A stretch of DNA of 64,000 nucleotides from a virus (Duplodnaviria > Caudoviricetes): IMG/VR virus record IMGVR_UViG_3300043493_000130, positions 4,348 to 68,347 of that record. One strand, 5' to 3'. The position numbers and the translations under genes are program-made. Shown piece by piece: positions 1 to 9,297 of the stretch. How positions within the stretch are numbered: position 1 is the first letter of the stretch; each line of letters starts with the position of its first letter. Below the pieces are notes generated by a model, which ran no database searches, was not told the origin of the DNA, and worked only from the letters and a program-made list of their open reading frames with translations.

Positions 1-1
1 T

Positions 2-2713
2 TATATAGCGCGCGTCGTAACGGGGAAAATCGTTCACCGTGTCGATGATGTCGCGCCGGTTGGTGCCGTCGTTGTTCTCGATTTGAGGCTGCTGGCCGCC
101 CGAGCTTTCGCGAATGACCATGCCAGCGCCAGGGATCTTGTAGACGGCCCCGCCGCCACTGAAGAGCACACCCTGGCCATCGGTCCCGAAATTCAAATTG
201 CCGGTCATGGTATCGCCGGCAAGATCGACTTTGCTCGCGGACAAATCCTCCAGCGAGTCCTGAACGTTGGTTTGGCCGTTGACGTTGGGGATAACCGAGA
301 CGTTGGAGGCTGTCGTCGCCGGACCGCCAATCGCCAAATGCACCCAGGCCGTTCCATCCGAGACCAGCCAGTCGCGCGCGGCGAAGGTTATGCCGGCGGC
401 CGGTCCCGTCGTTGGCGTGCCGGGGACCGTAACGATGACGTAGTGCCCCGCTGCCACTGCGGTCGCGGGCGGCAGTGCTCCGTCGGGATAGCCGGACGCG
501 AGGGTAAAGTCGCACTGCGCATCGGCGGTGCTGGCATCCATGACGCCGACGAGGAGGACAACACCGACTGCTGTCGCGACCAAATCGTCAACGTACCGTT
601 TGTGCGTTGCCTCGCGATCGGCGACCGGAGCTGGCAGCGGCAGTATCAGCGGCCCGGTCATCGTGTCGCCAACCTTCTTGACGAAGTCGGCGGCGGCTGT
701 GTCCACGGCCCACCCGGCGTCTTTGCGTATGTACGCCTGACCGTCTAAAGGAGCCTCGGGCAGATTGATCTGCACCCACTGCGACGAGCTGCCGTCGTTG
801 TAGCGAACGTAGGTGTCACCCGTGAGGCTGTTGAACCAGATTGTATCGTCGACAGGTGCCGCCGGCGGCGTGTCGGAAACAATGACACCGCCCGCTGCGA
901 TAACTTCCTGCCATGTCGAGTTACCGAGAAGATCGCGGACGCGCGCGTAGTGCTTGTCGTCCGGCGGCGGCTCGACGATCGCGCCGGCGAGCAGATCGGT
1001 CGCGAGCGGCACCACCAGCATGCCGTCACCGCCGGAGGCATCGACGTCAGCTGCTTGAGTGGCAGAACGTGGCGGCACGTAAACACCGCCAAGGAATTGC
1101 GGCGCGATGCCGGCCGGCTGCAGGTGGACGATGTCTGGTGTGGTGCTGGTATCCTTGGTCAGGCCGGTGCCGAAGTCGAGCTGCTCGGAAACAAACGGTT
1201 GCCATGCCGGCGGGCCTGCAGCCGGGTTGACCCTTGCGTACTGCACCCCGTCCGCTGGCGCCGGCTCCACGATCGAACCCGCCAGCAGGTTGGTGGCCAG
1301 CGGCACCACCAGCCGGCCATCGCCACCGGAAGTGTCGACGTCGGCACCCTGCGTTGGACTCCGCGGTGGCACCCAAACGCCACCGAGGAATTGAGCCGCG
1401 ATGCCAGCCGGTTGCAGGTGAACGATGTCTGGTGTGGTGCTGGTATCCCGGGTCAGACCGGTGCCGAAGTCGAGCTGCTCGGCGAGAATTCGGGTCCAGT
1501 CGCCGCTGAGAGTCGTGCGCGACCTTGCATACTGCAATCCGTCAGCGGGCGGCTCGACCAGGGTGCCCGCGAAGGCACCTTGCGCAATCGGAGCCGTCAA
1601 TACGCCAGCGGCGCTCAGCGTAAGACCCTGATTGTTATCCCGCACCGGCACCGTGACGCCGCCGATTTCACCCAACGTGTTGGCGATCTGCAGGTTGACG
1701 GTGTTGCCAGTGGCATCGAGACCGATGCCAAAGTTCATGATCGCTACTTCGACATGATTGAACAGCTGAGCCGCGTCATTCCAGATGGCGTAATCGCCCT
1801 CTTTAAGCAAAACGCCATCGAGGCCGGGCGTGCTGCCAAGCGGCGGGGTTTCCGACACCGCAGGATCGGCGCAATCGACAATCCAGTAATCGCCATTGGC
1901 CTTGGCGGGGATAGCGCCGATGTTCGGCACGTTAGGAGCAGGCTGCCACATGCCCTGATAGGTCAGGTCGATCGAGCTGGTCACCGGCGTCCATGAGCTG
2001 ACGCCGGCATTGGTGCGGGTGCGCGCCCACAATTGCCCGGTGCCGTTCTGCGGCTCGACGATGCTGCCAGCCAGCGACTCAGTCGCCAGCGGCGCGGTCA
2101 GTATTCCAAGGCCGGTGTTTAGGTTGAGACCTTGGGAGACCGAACGCGGCGTGATGCGCACGCCGCCAATCTCGTTATTGGTATTGGCGATCTGCAGATC
2201 GATGGTGTTGCCGGTCATTTCCAGACCGATGCCGGCATCGATCGGCGTGCCTTCGATCCACGAGCTGGCCCCGCCTGTGGTGCGCGTGCGGGAATAGATC
2301 AGACCATCCGGCGGCGGCTCGACGATCGAACCCGCGAGCTGATCGGTTGCAAGCGGCACCACCAACTGGCCATCGCCGCCGGAGGTGGCGACGTCGGCAG
2401 CTTGCGTCGGGCTGCGCGGTGGCACCCAGACGCCGCCAAGAAACTGCGGCGCGATACCGGCCGGTTGCAGATGGACGATCGGTGGCGTCGCGGTCTCGTC
2501 CTTGGTCAGGCCGGTGCCGAAATCGAGCCCCTCGGCGGGAGCGACTAACTGCCAAGTACCGTTGACGCGGACATAGGAATTGCCGTCGGCCGGTGCCTCT
2601 TCGGTGACCGGCACCCACGACTCGTTGATGCGGCCATAGCGCTCGCCATCGACCGGCGCTTCGCCGACGATCTCCTGCTCGACCGGCAAAGGGGTTTTGC
2701 TCATGTCGTTCAT
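2..2713 (-). CDS. Large modular fibre-like virion protein (head or tail fibre); partial, runs off the left edge
   Basis: Translated by hand from ATG 2713 (MNDMSKTPLPVEQEIVGEAPVDGERYGRINESW...); no stop seen down to base 2, which is why the ORF track misses it. Contains EAPxDGxxYxR motifs, GDTMTG fibre motifs and internally repeated modules; shares a module with fibre gene 40116-41264. Confidence 0.8.
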   Translation of the reverse strand, partial: MNDMSKTPLPVEQEIVGEAPVDGERYGRINESWVPVTEEAPADGNSYVRVNGTWQLVAPAEGLDFGTGLTKDETATPPIVHLQPAGIAPQFLGGVWVPPRSPTQAADVATSGGDGQLVVPLATDQLAGSIVEPPPDGLIYSRTRTTGGASSWIEGTPIDAGIGLEMTGNTIDLQIANTNNEIGGVRITPRSVSQGLNLNTGLGILTAPLATESLAGSIVEPQNGTGQLWARTRTNAGVSSWTPVTSSIDLTYQGMWQPAPNVPNIGAIPAKANGDYWIVDCADPAVSETPPLGSTPGLDGVLLKEGDYAIWNDAAQLFNHVEVAIMNFGIGLDATGNTVNLQIANTLGEIGGVTVPVRDNNQGLTLSAAGVLTAPIAQGAFAGTLVEPPADGLQYARSRTTLSGDWTRILAEQLDFGTGLTRDTSTTPDIVHLQPAGIAAQFLGGVWVPPRSPTQGADVDTSGGDGRLVVPLATNLLAGSIVEPAPADGVQYARVNPAAGPPAWQPFVSEQLDFGTGLTKDTSTTPDIVHLQPAGIAPQFLGGVYVPPRSATQAADVDASGGDGMLVVPLATDLLAGAIVEPPPDDKHYARVRDLLGNSTWQEVIAAGGVIVSDTPPAAPVDDTIWFNSLTGDTYVRYNDGSSSQWVQINLPEAPLDGQAYIRKDAGWAVDTAAADFVKKVGDTMTGPLILPLPAPVADREATHKRYVDDLVATAVGVVLLVGVMDASTADAQCDFTLASGYPDGALPPATAVAAGHYVIVTVPGTPTTGPAAGITFAARDWLVSDGTAWVHLAIGGPATTASNVSVIPNVNGQTNVQDSLEDLSASKVDLAGDTMTGNLNFGTDGQGVLFSGGGAVYKIPGAGMVIRESSGGQQPQIENNDGTNRRDIIDTVNDFPRYDARYI

Positions 2714-2726
2714 TGTTTGCCGGCCC

Positions 2727-4454
2727 TTATGTGAAAGTGAACTGCAGGCTCAGCGGTGGCGCTACCGGAACGACGTTGTCGTGCGACCCGCCATGCTGGT
2801 GACCGATCCGGATCGTGACCGGAACGGATCCAGCTGTTGCTGGCGGCGTGAGGTCAAACCGGACGTCGCTGCCGTTCACCCAGCGCGTCGGTACTGCCGC
2901 GCCGTTGACGATCACGGTTGCGGTGTTGCCGAAGTTGGCACCGAGCAATTGGACTTCCAGCTGCGCACTGCCGCGCGGCGCAGTGTTCGGCACCAGCGAA
3001 TTGAGCACCGGGTTGAGCACGCACTGCGCTTGCATGGAGTTGGACAGCGCGGTGCCGCTGCGCACCCGCATGTCAAAGGTTCCGGTGGTGGCGTTTGCCG
3101 CACTGGTCGTCGTCGTCAGCGTCGTGGCGTTGACGTACGTCGTCGTCAGCGCCAAGGCCCCACGCATCACCACGCTGGTTGGCGTGAAATTGGAGCCAGT
3201 GTAGGTGATGGTTTTCGGTGCATCGCTGAACCCAACGATGTCCGGGAAGATAGCCGACAAGGCTGGCGTCAGCACCACCTGGGTGAAGTCGAACGGGCAG
3301 GTCGAGACTGACGTGGCGGTGCCGTTGCGCACACCGACGATCGCTCGTCGCGGCGTCGCCTCAGCCGAAGGTCTGGCGGTGAAGCGCAGCTGCGTTGTTG
3401 AGACATAGATGGTGGCGACGGCAGCCCCGTCGACCAGGACGACACTGGTCGGCTGGAAGTTGCTGCCGTTGACAGTGACGACGACATCGGCCGAAAGAAT
3501 TTCGGCGCTGGCCGGCACCAGCGGGCAGAGGATCACCGGCAGCGGAATGGCCGTCAGTGTGAACAGCGGTGCGCCTTGTCCCACGGTGGCACCGTCGCGC
3601 ACGGTAACTTGGGCTTGGCGCGGCAGCGCCTCGGCGGAGGTGTCTGCGGTAAAGCGCAGCGTGGTCGGACTGACGTAGGTGGTGGTGACGTTGGCGCCGT
3701 CCCATTGCAGCACGCAAGTCGGCGTGAATTGCAAACCGGTGGCCGTGACCAGCACGTCGGGCGACAGGCACTGCGCAGTATCCGGATTGATCGAGGTGAT
3801 CATCAGCGGCGGGATCGCCGTGAAGGTGAACGTGGGCGCGCCGAGGCCGGCGGTGGCGCCGTCTTTCACGGTGACGATCGCAGCGCGCGGCGTTAGCTCG
3901 GCCGAGGAGTCCGCCATGTAACGCAACTGCGTCGGGCTGACATAGGTCGTGGCGACGTTGGCGCCGTCCACCATCAGCACGCAGGTTGCGGTGAACACCG
4001 TGCCGTTGACGGTGACCAGCACATCGGGTGACGCGCATTGCGCAGTGTTTGGAACCAGCGAGTTGATGGCGAGAAGCGGTGCTGCCGTGAAGGTGAACCG
4101 GCAGTTACCGGCGGCCGTGGCCGCGCCGTCCCTCACCGTGATGGTTGAGGCTTTCGCCGTCGGCACCGTGCTCGGGCGGATCGGAAACGTCAATTCGCCA
4201 GTGTTAACGAAGGTGGTGGTCTGCGCCACGTTGTCGAGATAGGCGACGCACGAGGCGGTAAAATTCTGGCCGATGACGCGGCAGGTCAGGTCGGCCGAGC
4301 CGCAAATCGCCGTCGACGGAATGGTCGGGCAGATCACCGCCAGGATGGTCGGGTCGAGCGGCGCGCCGCTTCCGGCCGCAGGCGGCCACGGCTCGGGCAA
4401 GGTGCAAGGGGCAGGAGGAGCGCAATTGTCAAAGCATGCGGCAAGCATCCCCAC
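2727..4454 (-). CDS. Six-repeat IPT/TIG (Ig-like) domain protein, probable virion surface protein
   Basis: Six ~90-aa repeats of the form INSLxPxTA...V.VxGxNFxxTxVxxxDGxxVxTTYVSxTxL; AGGGAG RBS upstream of GTG 4454. Confidence 0.8.
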   Translation of the reverse strand: MGMLAACFDNCAPPAPCTLPEPWPPAAGSGAPLDPTILAVICPTIPSTAICGSADLTCRVIGQNFTASCVAYLDNVAQTTTFVNTGELTFPIRPSTVPTAKASTITVRDGAATAAGNCRFTFTAAPLLAINSLVPNTAQCASPDVLVTVNGTVFTATCVLMVDGANVATTYVSPTQLRYMADSSAELTPRAAIVTVKDGATAGLGAPTFTFTAIPPLMITSINPDTAQCLSPDVLVTATGLQFTPTCVLQWDGANVTTTYVSPTTLRFTADTSAEALPRQAQVTVRDGATVGQGAPLFTLTAIPLPVILCPLVPASAEILSADVVVTVNGSNFQPTSVVLVDGAAVATIYVSTTQLRFTARPSAEATPRRAIVGVRNGTATSVSTCPFDFTQVVLTPALSAIFPDIVGFSDAPKTITYTGSNFTPTSVVMRGALALTTTYVNATTLTTTTSAANATTGTFDMRVRSGTALSNSMQAQCVLNPVLNSLVPNTAPRGSAQLEVQLLGANFGNTATVIVNGAAVPTRWVNGSDVRFDLTPPATAGSVPVTIRIGHQHGGSHDNVVPVAPPLSLQFTFT

Positions 4455-4570
4455 GTCACTTCTCCCTTAAGTGCTGCTCGGGGGCGCCTCACCGGGGCGG
4501 ACAGTATCACGCCCGCCGTCGTGGTGGTATAGAGAGCCCGGTAACCCCCTTCCATTGGAGCTCGCGCAAC

Positions 4571-5230
4571 ATGAAGAAGCTTTTGTTAGCCTGTGTAGTC
4601 GCCCTGGCGGCGTGCAGTCCTGCCCTGGCGGATGTCATCGACGTCTTCGCAACCGTGGACGCGCTGCCGCCCGCGCACACGTCCAGCGCTACCGGACAAC
4701 TGGTCATCGTCGGCGTGGCGCTGCCGTTCTTTAGCCTGAACACCGTCGTGATCAACTCGCAGGCGACGCTTCCCGCGCCGGGAATTCTCGACACCAATTC
4801 GCTGAACCTAAATCAGACGGTCGGCGGGGATCACACGCTGGTGCTCGACATCATCGCCTCGGGCCTGACCGGGCCGGGGTCGCTGCAAAACATTCTCTCG
4901 ACATTTTCCGTGAGCGGATTGACGGACGGCTGGACCGCGCGCGAGCGGACTTTCATCAATGGAACGCTTCTGTCTGACACCGGGACGTTCACAACGCCGA
5001 GCGGGTCGGCGTTTGAGATCAAGCCCGCCTTCCTGGGCGCGACGTACTCGGCCGAGGTCATCTACACGATCCATGGCGTCGGCATCGGTGGCTTTAACGG
5101 GGGCATTGATATGTCCGTGGCAGTGCCGGGGCCGATCGTTGGTGCCGGCATCCCCGGGCTTCTGACCGCTGCCTTCGCCGGCTTCCTCGGGTGGAAGCGG
5201 CGGCGGCGAGGCTTGGTTGGAAACGGCTGA
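4571..5230 (+). CDS. Secreted protein with PEP-CTERM-like (VPGP-CTERM) sorting signal
   Basis: Signal peptide MKKLLLACVVALAACSPALA; C-terminus VPGPIVGAGIPGLL + hydrophobic helix + WKRRRR; GGAG RBS. Confidence 0.85.
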   Translation: MKKLLLACVVALAACSPALADVIDVFATVDALPPAHTSSATGQLVIVGVALPFFSLNTVVINSQATLPAPGILDTNSLNLNQTVGGDHTLVLDIIASGLTGPGSLQNILSTFSVSGLTDGWTARERTFINGTLLSDTGTFTTPSGSAFEIKPAFLGATYSAEVIYTIHGVGIGGFNGGIDMSVAVPGPIVGAGIPGLLTAAFAGFLGWKRRRRGLVGNG

Positions 5231-5257
5231 GTTGTTCGCCCTTCACGGCCGTTGACC

Positions 5258-5301
5258 AAGGGGCCCCTCGTTCTTCACCCCCTGGGGGACGAGGGGTCCT
5301 T
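5258..5301 (+). terminator. GC-rich hairpin after the VPGP-CTERM gene
   Basis: aaggggcccctcgtt pairs with gacgaggggtcctt; inner cccc-ctg-gggg. Confidence 0.45.
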
Positions 5302-5319
5302 CGTGCGCGGCGCTACACG

Positions 5320-5604
5320 ATGCGGACTCAAAACGGCTTCATTCTAACCAATGTGCCCGCGCAGGAGCGCACCGTTGTGCGCGTTGCGAAAGTGCCGGGC
5401 GAGCCGGGCGACCATCCGGGCGAACAGGTCGTCACGATCTGGGCGCGGGGGCGCAAGGGGATCGAGCAGCGGAAGCTATCGAACGTTTGCACGCGGGTCC
5501 GCGAGGACTTGGCTACGACCGCGGTCGCCTATTATTCTGCCACCCTCCGGCGGGTGAGTCAGCGCTGGCAATTGCGCGAGCGCGTGCCCGATCAAGACTG
5601 GTGA
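5320..5604 (+). CDS. Hypothetical protein
   Basis: Open frame MRTQNGFILTNVPAQERT...; no motif recognised. Confidence 0.4.
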   Translation: MRTQNGFILTNVPAQERTVVRVAKVPGEPGDHPGEQVVTIWARGRKGIEQRKLSNVCTRVREDLATTAVAYYSATLRRVSQRWQLRERVPDQDW

Positions 5605-5700
5605 CTCAGGTGCGCGCTAGGCATTACGCCCTCCTCTGGACGCTCGCGCTCACCGCTGCCTGTGCTATCGTCATGGCCGTTACGCTGGCATGGTGAGGGC

Positions 5701-5976
5701 ATGGGAAAACGCCGCGCCGCAGTTGATCGTGAAATGCTGGACGCCGACTTCATCGTTTGCATGCCGGCAAGTGCTGAGACGGAATTTACCGACAACGTGA
5801 CTGCGATCTGCTGTCAATGCGGGCGCTCGGTCCAGCATCGCCCCTATGTGCCGCGGAAGGTGCGGAAACTTTGCACCGAATGCGCGCTTGGCATGGTGAA
5901 AAAAATAGAAGGGTTCACAATAACCCAACGGGTGCGCGCCGAGGTCGCGGCGGTTTTGAAACGGCGGCAGCATTGA
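5701..5976 (+). CDS. Small zinc-ribbon protein
   Basis: CCQC...CTEC cysteine pairs; GAGG RBS. Confidence 0.6.
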   Translation: MGKRRAAVDREMLDADFIVCMPASAETEFTDNVTAICCQCGRSVQHRPYVPRKVRKLCTECALGMVKKIEGFTITQRVRAEVAAVLKRRQH

Positions 5977-6135
5977 AAAAAGAGGATATGGTCCGCGCCG
6001 CCAACGCCAACGCCTGGGCGCTCGGGACGCGCGCGCACAATGGCTTTAGCGTCCGGCGCGTCGTGTGGGGCCGCCTCATGGCGCGAGCCGAGAAACGCCC
6101 GGGCGAGGAAATCCGCCGGGCGATGATCTTGGTGG

Positions 6136-6864
6136 CTACTCCTCCAAGCAAATCCGCAAGTCCGGGGCGAGCCGCCCGGGCGCGAGCATCCCGAGGCCGG
6201 GCTCGCCGGCAACCACCAGCGCCGCGCGCGGGAACAGCCGCGCGAGCGCCGCCTGCCCGAGTGTCCCGACCTCGTGAGCCTCGTCCACCAGCACCAGCGG
6301 AACATTCTCATCCGGATAGAGCCGGCCGGCCAGAATGTCCGCGTCGTCAACGACCCGCGCCCGGCGCCGGAAATCCTGCCAGCGCTCGCCGAGCTCGCTG
6401 ACGAGCGATAGCGCCGGGAGCCGCTCGCCGCGCTCTAAGGCCGCCGCATGCGCCGCCGCCATCAGCTCGCCGCGGAGCCGCGCCCGCTCCTCGAATGCAA
6501 GCCCGGCCGCGAGCTCGCGCCGCCGCTTGCGCATGAGCTTGTCGGTCGCCGCCCCCGGCTCATGCCCGCCCGCCCGCCTTATGAGCGCCATAAATTCGTC
6601 GAGGAAGCGCGCCCGGTGCTCCCACCGCACCCGGTCGAACTCCCCGCTATGCGCATAGGCGACCTCCGCCAGCGGCCCCGCCAAGGAGTCCCAAAACAGC
6701 GTCGTGAGGTCGGCGCCGAATTCGATCAGATCCGCCACCGAGCGGCGGAACATATTCGCCGCCCCGGGGTCGAGCGCCACCAGCGCAAAGCGATGCACCC
6801 GTACGTCCCACTCCTCTATTGCCTCTAATGCGACGGCGGTGAGGACGTCGCTCCGCCCGCTCAT
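6136..6864 (-). CDS. Hypothetical protein with helicase-like Walker B (LVLVDEAH) but no Walker A
   Basis: ORF track; start taken at MSGRSDV; LVLVDEAHEVG followed by ALVVAGEP. Confidence 0.5.
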   Translation of the reverse strand: MSGRSDVLTAVALEAIEEWDVRVHRFALVALDPGAANMFRRSVADLIEFGADLTTLFWDSLAGPLAEVAYAHSGEFDRVRWEHRARFLDEFMALIRRAGGHEPGAATDKLMRKRRRELAAGLAFEERARLRGELMAAAHAAALERGERLPALSLVSELGERWQDFRRRARVVDDADILAGRLYPDENVPLVLVDEAHEVGTLGQAALARLFPRAALVVAGEPGLGMLAPGRLAPDLRICLEE

Positions 6865-6991
6865 CGGCCCGCCGTCGATGGTCGCCACAAACTGCAGGCG
6901 CTTAACCAGCAGCGGCCGCAGCAGCCGCGCGGCTGACCGGCTATCGCCGCCGGCCGGCGCTTGCGGTAGACTTGGTGCGGAGGCGGGTCCC

Positions 6992-7498
6992 ATGACCGCA
7001 ACGATTATCCCTTACGAAGACGCCAGCTCAACGTTCGAGCGCGACAAAAAAGTGTTCCACCTCCGCCTTGCCGGCGTCTCGCCACGCCGGATCGCCGAGG
7101 AACTAAGTTGTTCGCTCGACCAAGTCGAGCAGTCGCTAGACCGCATGACCGGCGGCGTGAGCCCGGCGCTTCGCCAGCGCACGATCCTGATGGAGTTGGA
7201 GCGCCTCGACGCCTTGCAAAAGGTGCACTATGCCAACGCCTTGAACGGCCAAATCGGAGCCACCCTCGTGGTCGTCAAGCTCATGGAGAGGCGCTCCCGC
7301 TACCTTGGGCTTGACGCCCCGGTGCGTACCGACGACCCGCTCGGCGGCGCCGGCCAGCGGGAGTCCAGCACCGAGGGGCTCCTGCGCGAGCTCGACCGCA
7401 TCGCCGCCGAGCGCGGCCCGCCGGGCTCCGGCCCTATCATCGAGGCCGAGGTCGTCCCCGAAAGCGCCGAGGCCGCGGATGTACCTCCACGAACGTGA
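6992..7498 (+). CDS. terS: Terminase small subunit
   Basis: N-terminal HTH (RLAGVSPRRIAEEL) and ELERLDAL...LMERRSRYLGLDAP motif; overlaps the TerL start. Confidence 0.75.
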   Translation: MTATIIPYEDASSTFERDKKVFHLRLAGVSPRRIAEELSCSLDQVEQSLDRMTGGVSPALRQRTILMELERLDALQKVHYANALNGQIGATLVVVKLMERRSRYLGLDAPVRTDDPLGGAGQRESSTEGLLRELDRIAAERGPPGSGPIIEAEVVPESAEAADVPPRT

Positions 7499-8825
7499 CT
7501 TTTTTTTCGAGGAGGTCCGGCGCGTCCACGAATTCCGCGACCGCCTCGGCCGCCTGACGCAAGCCGAGCGCGAGACTTTGGCGCAGCGCATGGGCGCCAA
7601 TGCCGTCAACAATTGGAGCGTCGCGGCGCGCGGCGCGCAGCTGCCGCCGTTGAGCTTGGAAAAAGATTTCTGCTGGCTCTTCCTTGGTGGCCGCGGGACC
7701 GGAAAGTCGCGGGCAATGAGTGGCGCCGTTCATATGGCCGTGCGTGCCGGCGTGCGGCGCATCCACGTCATCGGCCCGACCACGGCAGATATTCACGACG
7801 TCTTGCTCGACGGCCCGGCCGGCATATTGCACACTGGCGGCTCCGACCCGGCCCCGCGCTGGCTGCAAAGTCGCCGCCGCCTCGAATGGCCGAACGGCGC
7901 GCACGCGGTCTTCTTTTCCGGCGAGGAACCCGAAAGCCTGCGCGGGCCCCAATGCGAATTGTGCGTGGTCGATGAGATCGCCCGCTGCCGCTACCAGCAA
8001 CTTATTTTTGATCAACTGTTCCTCGGCCTCCGCCTCGGCGCTCGCCCGCGCGTGCTCATTGCAACGACGCCGCGGCCGACGCCGTTTATGAAAAAGCTGC
8101 TCGCCATGAAGGGCGTCAGCATCACCACGGGATCGACCTATGATAATTCCCAGCATCTTTCGCCCGAGTTCATGCGCAAAGTTCGCGAGCTGTACGAAGG
8201 CACGCGCATCGGCCGGCAGGAGCTCCACGGCGCGATGCTGCTCGACCCGCAAAACGCGCTGTTCAAGGACGAGTGGCTGCAATACGACCCGGTGCCCGAG
8301 GAGCTCATTGAGCAGACGACGGTCGGCGTCGACCCGAGCGGCGGCTCGGACGAGATCGGCATTGTTGTCTCGGCTGTGCTGCGAGACGGCCGCCTCGCGG
8401 TGCTTGCCGACCGGACGCTTGTGGCGAGCCCGGCCAAGTGGGGCGACGAGGTGGTGCGCGCGCACGATGACTTCGACTGTGACGACGTGGTGGTCGAGCG
8501 AAATTTCGGCGGGGATATGTGCTCTGACGTTGTCAAGCACGCCGCAGACCGCGCCGCCCAGGCCGGCCGTCGGAAGGACAACATGATAAGGATCAAGGAG
8601 GTCGTCGCTTCGCGCGGGAAGACGATGCGCGCCGAGCCGATCTCGCTGCTGTTCGAGAAAGGAAAAGTGCTGATGCGGCCCGGGCTCGACCAGCTACAAG
8701 GCGAAATGTTATCTTTCAGCCGGGAGTGGGATCGCGCGGTTGATGGCAGTCCCAATCGGCTCGACGCGATGGTCTGGGGCCTCGCGCGGCTCGCAAAAAT
8801 TCAGATGGAAATTCCGATGGCGTGA
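7479..8825 (+). CDS. terL: Terminase large subunit
   Basis: Walker A GGRGTGKS, Walker B CVVDE, ATTPRP motif, RNase H-like nuclease VGVDP...SPNRLDAMVW. Confidence 0.95.
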   Translation: MYLHERDFFFEEVRRVHEFRDRLGRLTQAERETLAQRMGANAVNNWSVAARGAQLPPLSLEKDFCWLFLGGRGTGKSRAMSGAVHMAVRAGVRRIHVIGPTTADIHDVLLDGPAGILHTGGSDPAPRWLQSRRRLEWPNGAHAVFFSGEEPESLRGPQCELCVVDEIARCRYQQLIFDQLFLGLRLGARPRVLIATTPRPTPFMKKLLAMKGVSITTGSTYDNSQHLSPEFMRKVRELYEGTRIGRQELHGAMLLDPQNALFKDEWLQYDPVPEELIEQTTVGVDPSGGSDEIGIVVSAVLRDGRLAVLADRTLVASPAKWGDEVVRAHDDFDCDDVVVERNFGGDMCSDVVKHAADRAAQAGRRKDNMIRIKEVVASRGKTMRAEPISLLFEKGKVLMRPGLDQLQGEMLSFSREWDRAVDGSPNRLDAMVWGLARLAKIQMEIPMA

Positions 8826-8837
8826 TAAAAGGGAGGC

Positions 8838-8890
8838 GGAGCCCGGCACGGCAGTTGTGGCCGGGCTCCTGGGGTCGCCGCAGCGGCCTT
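8838..8890 (-). ncRNA. tigRNA-like unit 1 (single-spacer form)
   Basis: Minus strand AAGGCCGC-UGCG-GCGACC-CCA-GGAGCCCGG-CCA-CAACUGCCG-UG-CCGGGCUCC; same scaffold as units 2-4 but 18 nt shorter. Confidence 0.7.
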
Positions 8891-8897
8891 GCGGGCA

Positions 8898-8925
8898 AGG
8901 ATAGAGGTTAATGTGACGATGGCAA
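8898..8925 (-). promoter_or_regulatory. Candidate sigma70-type promoter of unit 1
   Basis: TTGCCA-N16-TATCCT-N7 then the first base of the leader; -35 at the same distance as in unit 4. Confidence 0.5.
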
Positions 8926-8929
8926 CACG

Positions 8930-9205
8930 ATGAGCCCCGGACCCGTCGAAGAGGTTGGCAAAGCCGCGTCCGGGTTTATGACGGCTATGTCGTCACAGCC
9001 GATTATGCTGGGCATGGTCATGATCGTGCTGGCATTGATCGGCATGCTGTTCATGACATTGCGGGCCGCGTCCGAGGCCCGTAAGAACGAATTCGAATTG
9101 ATCTTCCGGCAGCAGAAAGAAACGCAAGACATACTCTCGCGCTGCGTCGTCGTCCCGCCGCAGCAGCGTGGTGACATTGACCTGCCGCGGCTGGGCGGTC
9201 TTTGA
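8930..9205 (+). CDS. Small single-TM membrane protein (possible holin or lysis accessory)
   Basis: Hydrophobic IMLGMVMIVLALIGMLFMTL followed by a charged tail. Confidence 0.55.
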   Translation: MSPGPVEEVGKAASGFMTAMSSQPIMLGMVMIVLALIGMLFMTLRAASEARKNEFELIFRQQKETQDILSRCVVVPPQQRGDIDLPRLGGL

Positions 9206-9297
9206 TTGGTCCCGGCAGACCGGCGGCATGGAAGACCGGGGCGCGCTGGTGTAGGGTTTCCGCCACCTCAAATTCGCAAGCGAAGAGGAGAATAGCG

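Noticed and set aside
83-2565. Long plus-strand ORFs in the track (83-748, 950-1996, 2132-2548)
   Set aside because: Antisense shadows of the minus-strand fibre gene, typical of high-GC DNA.
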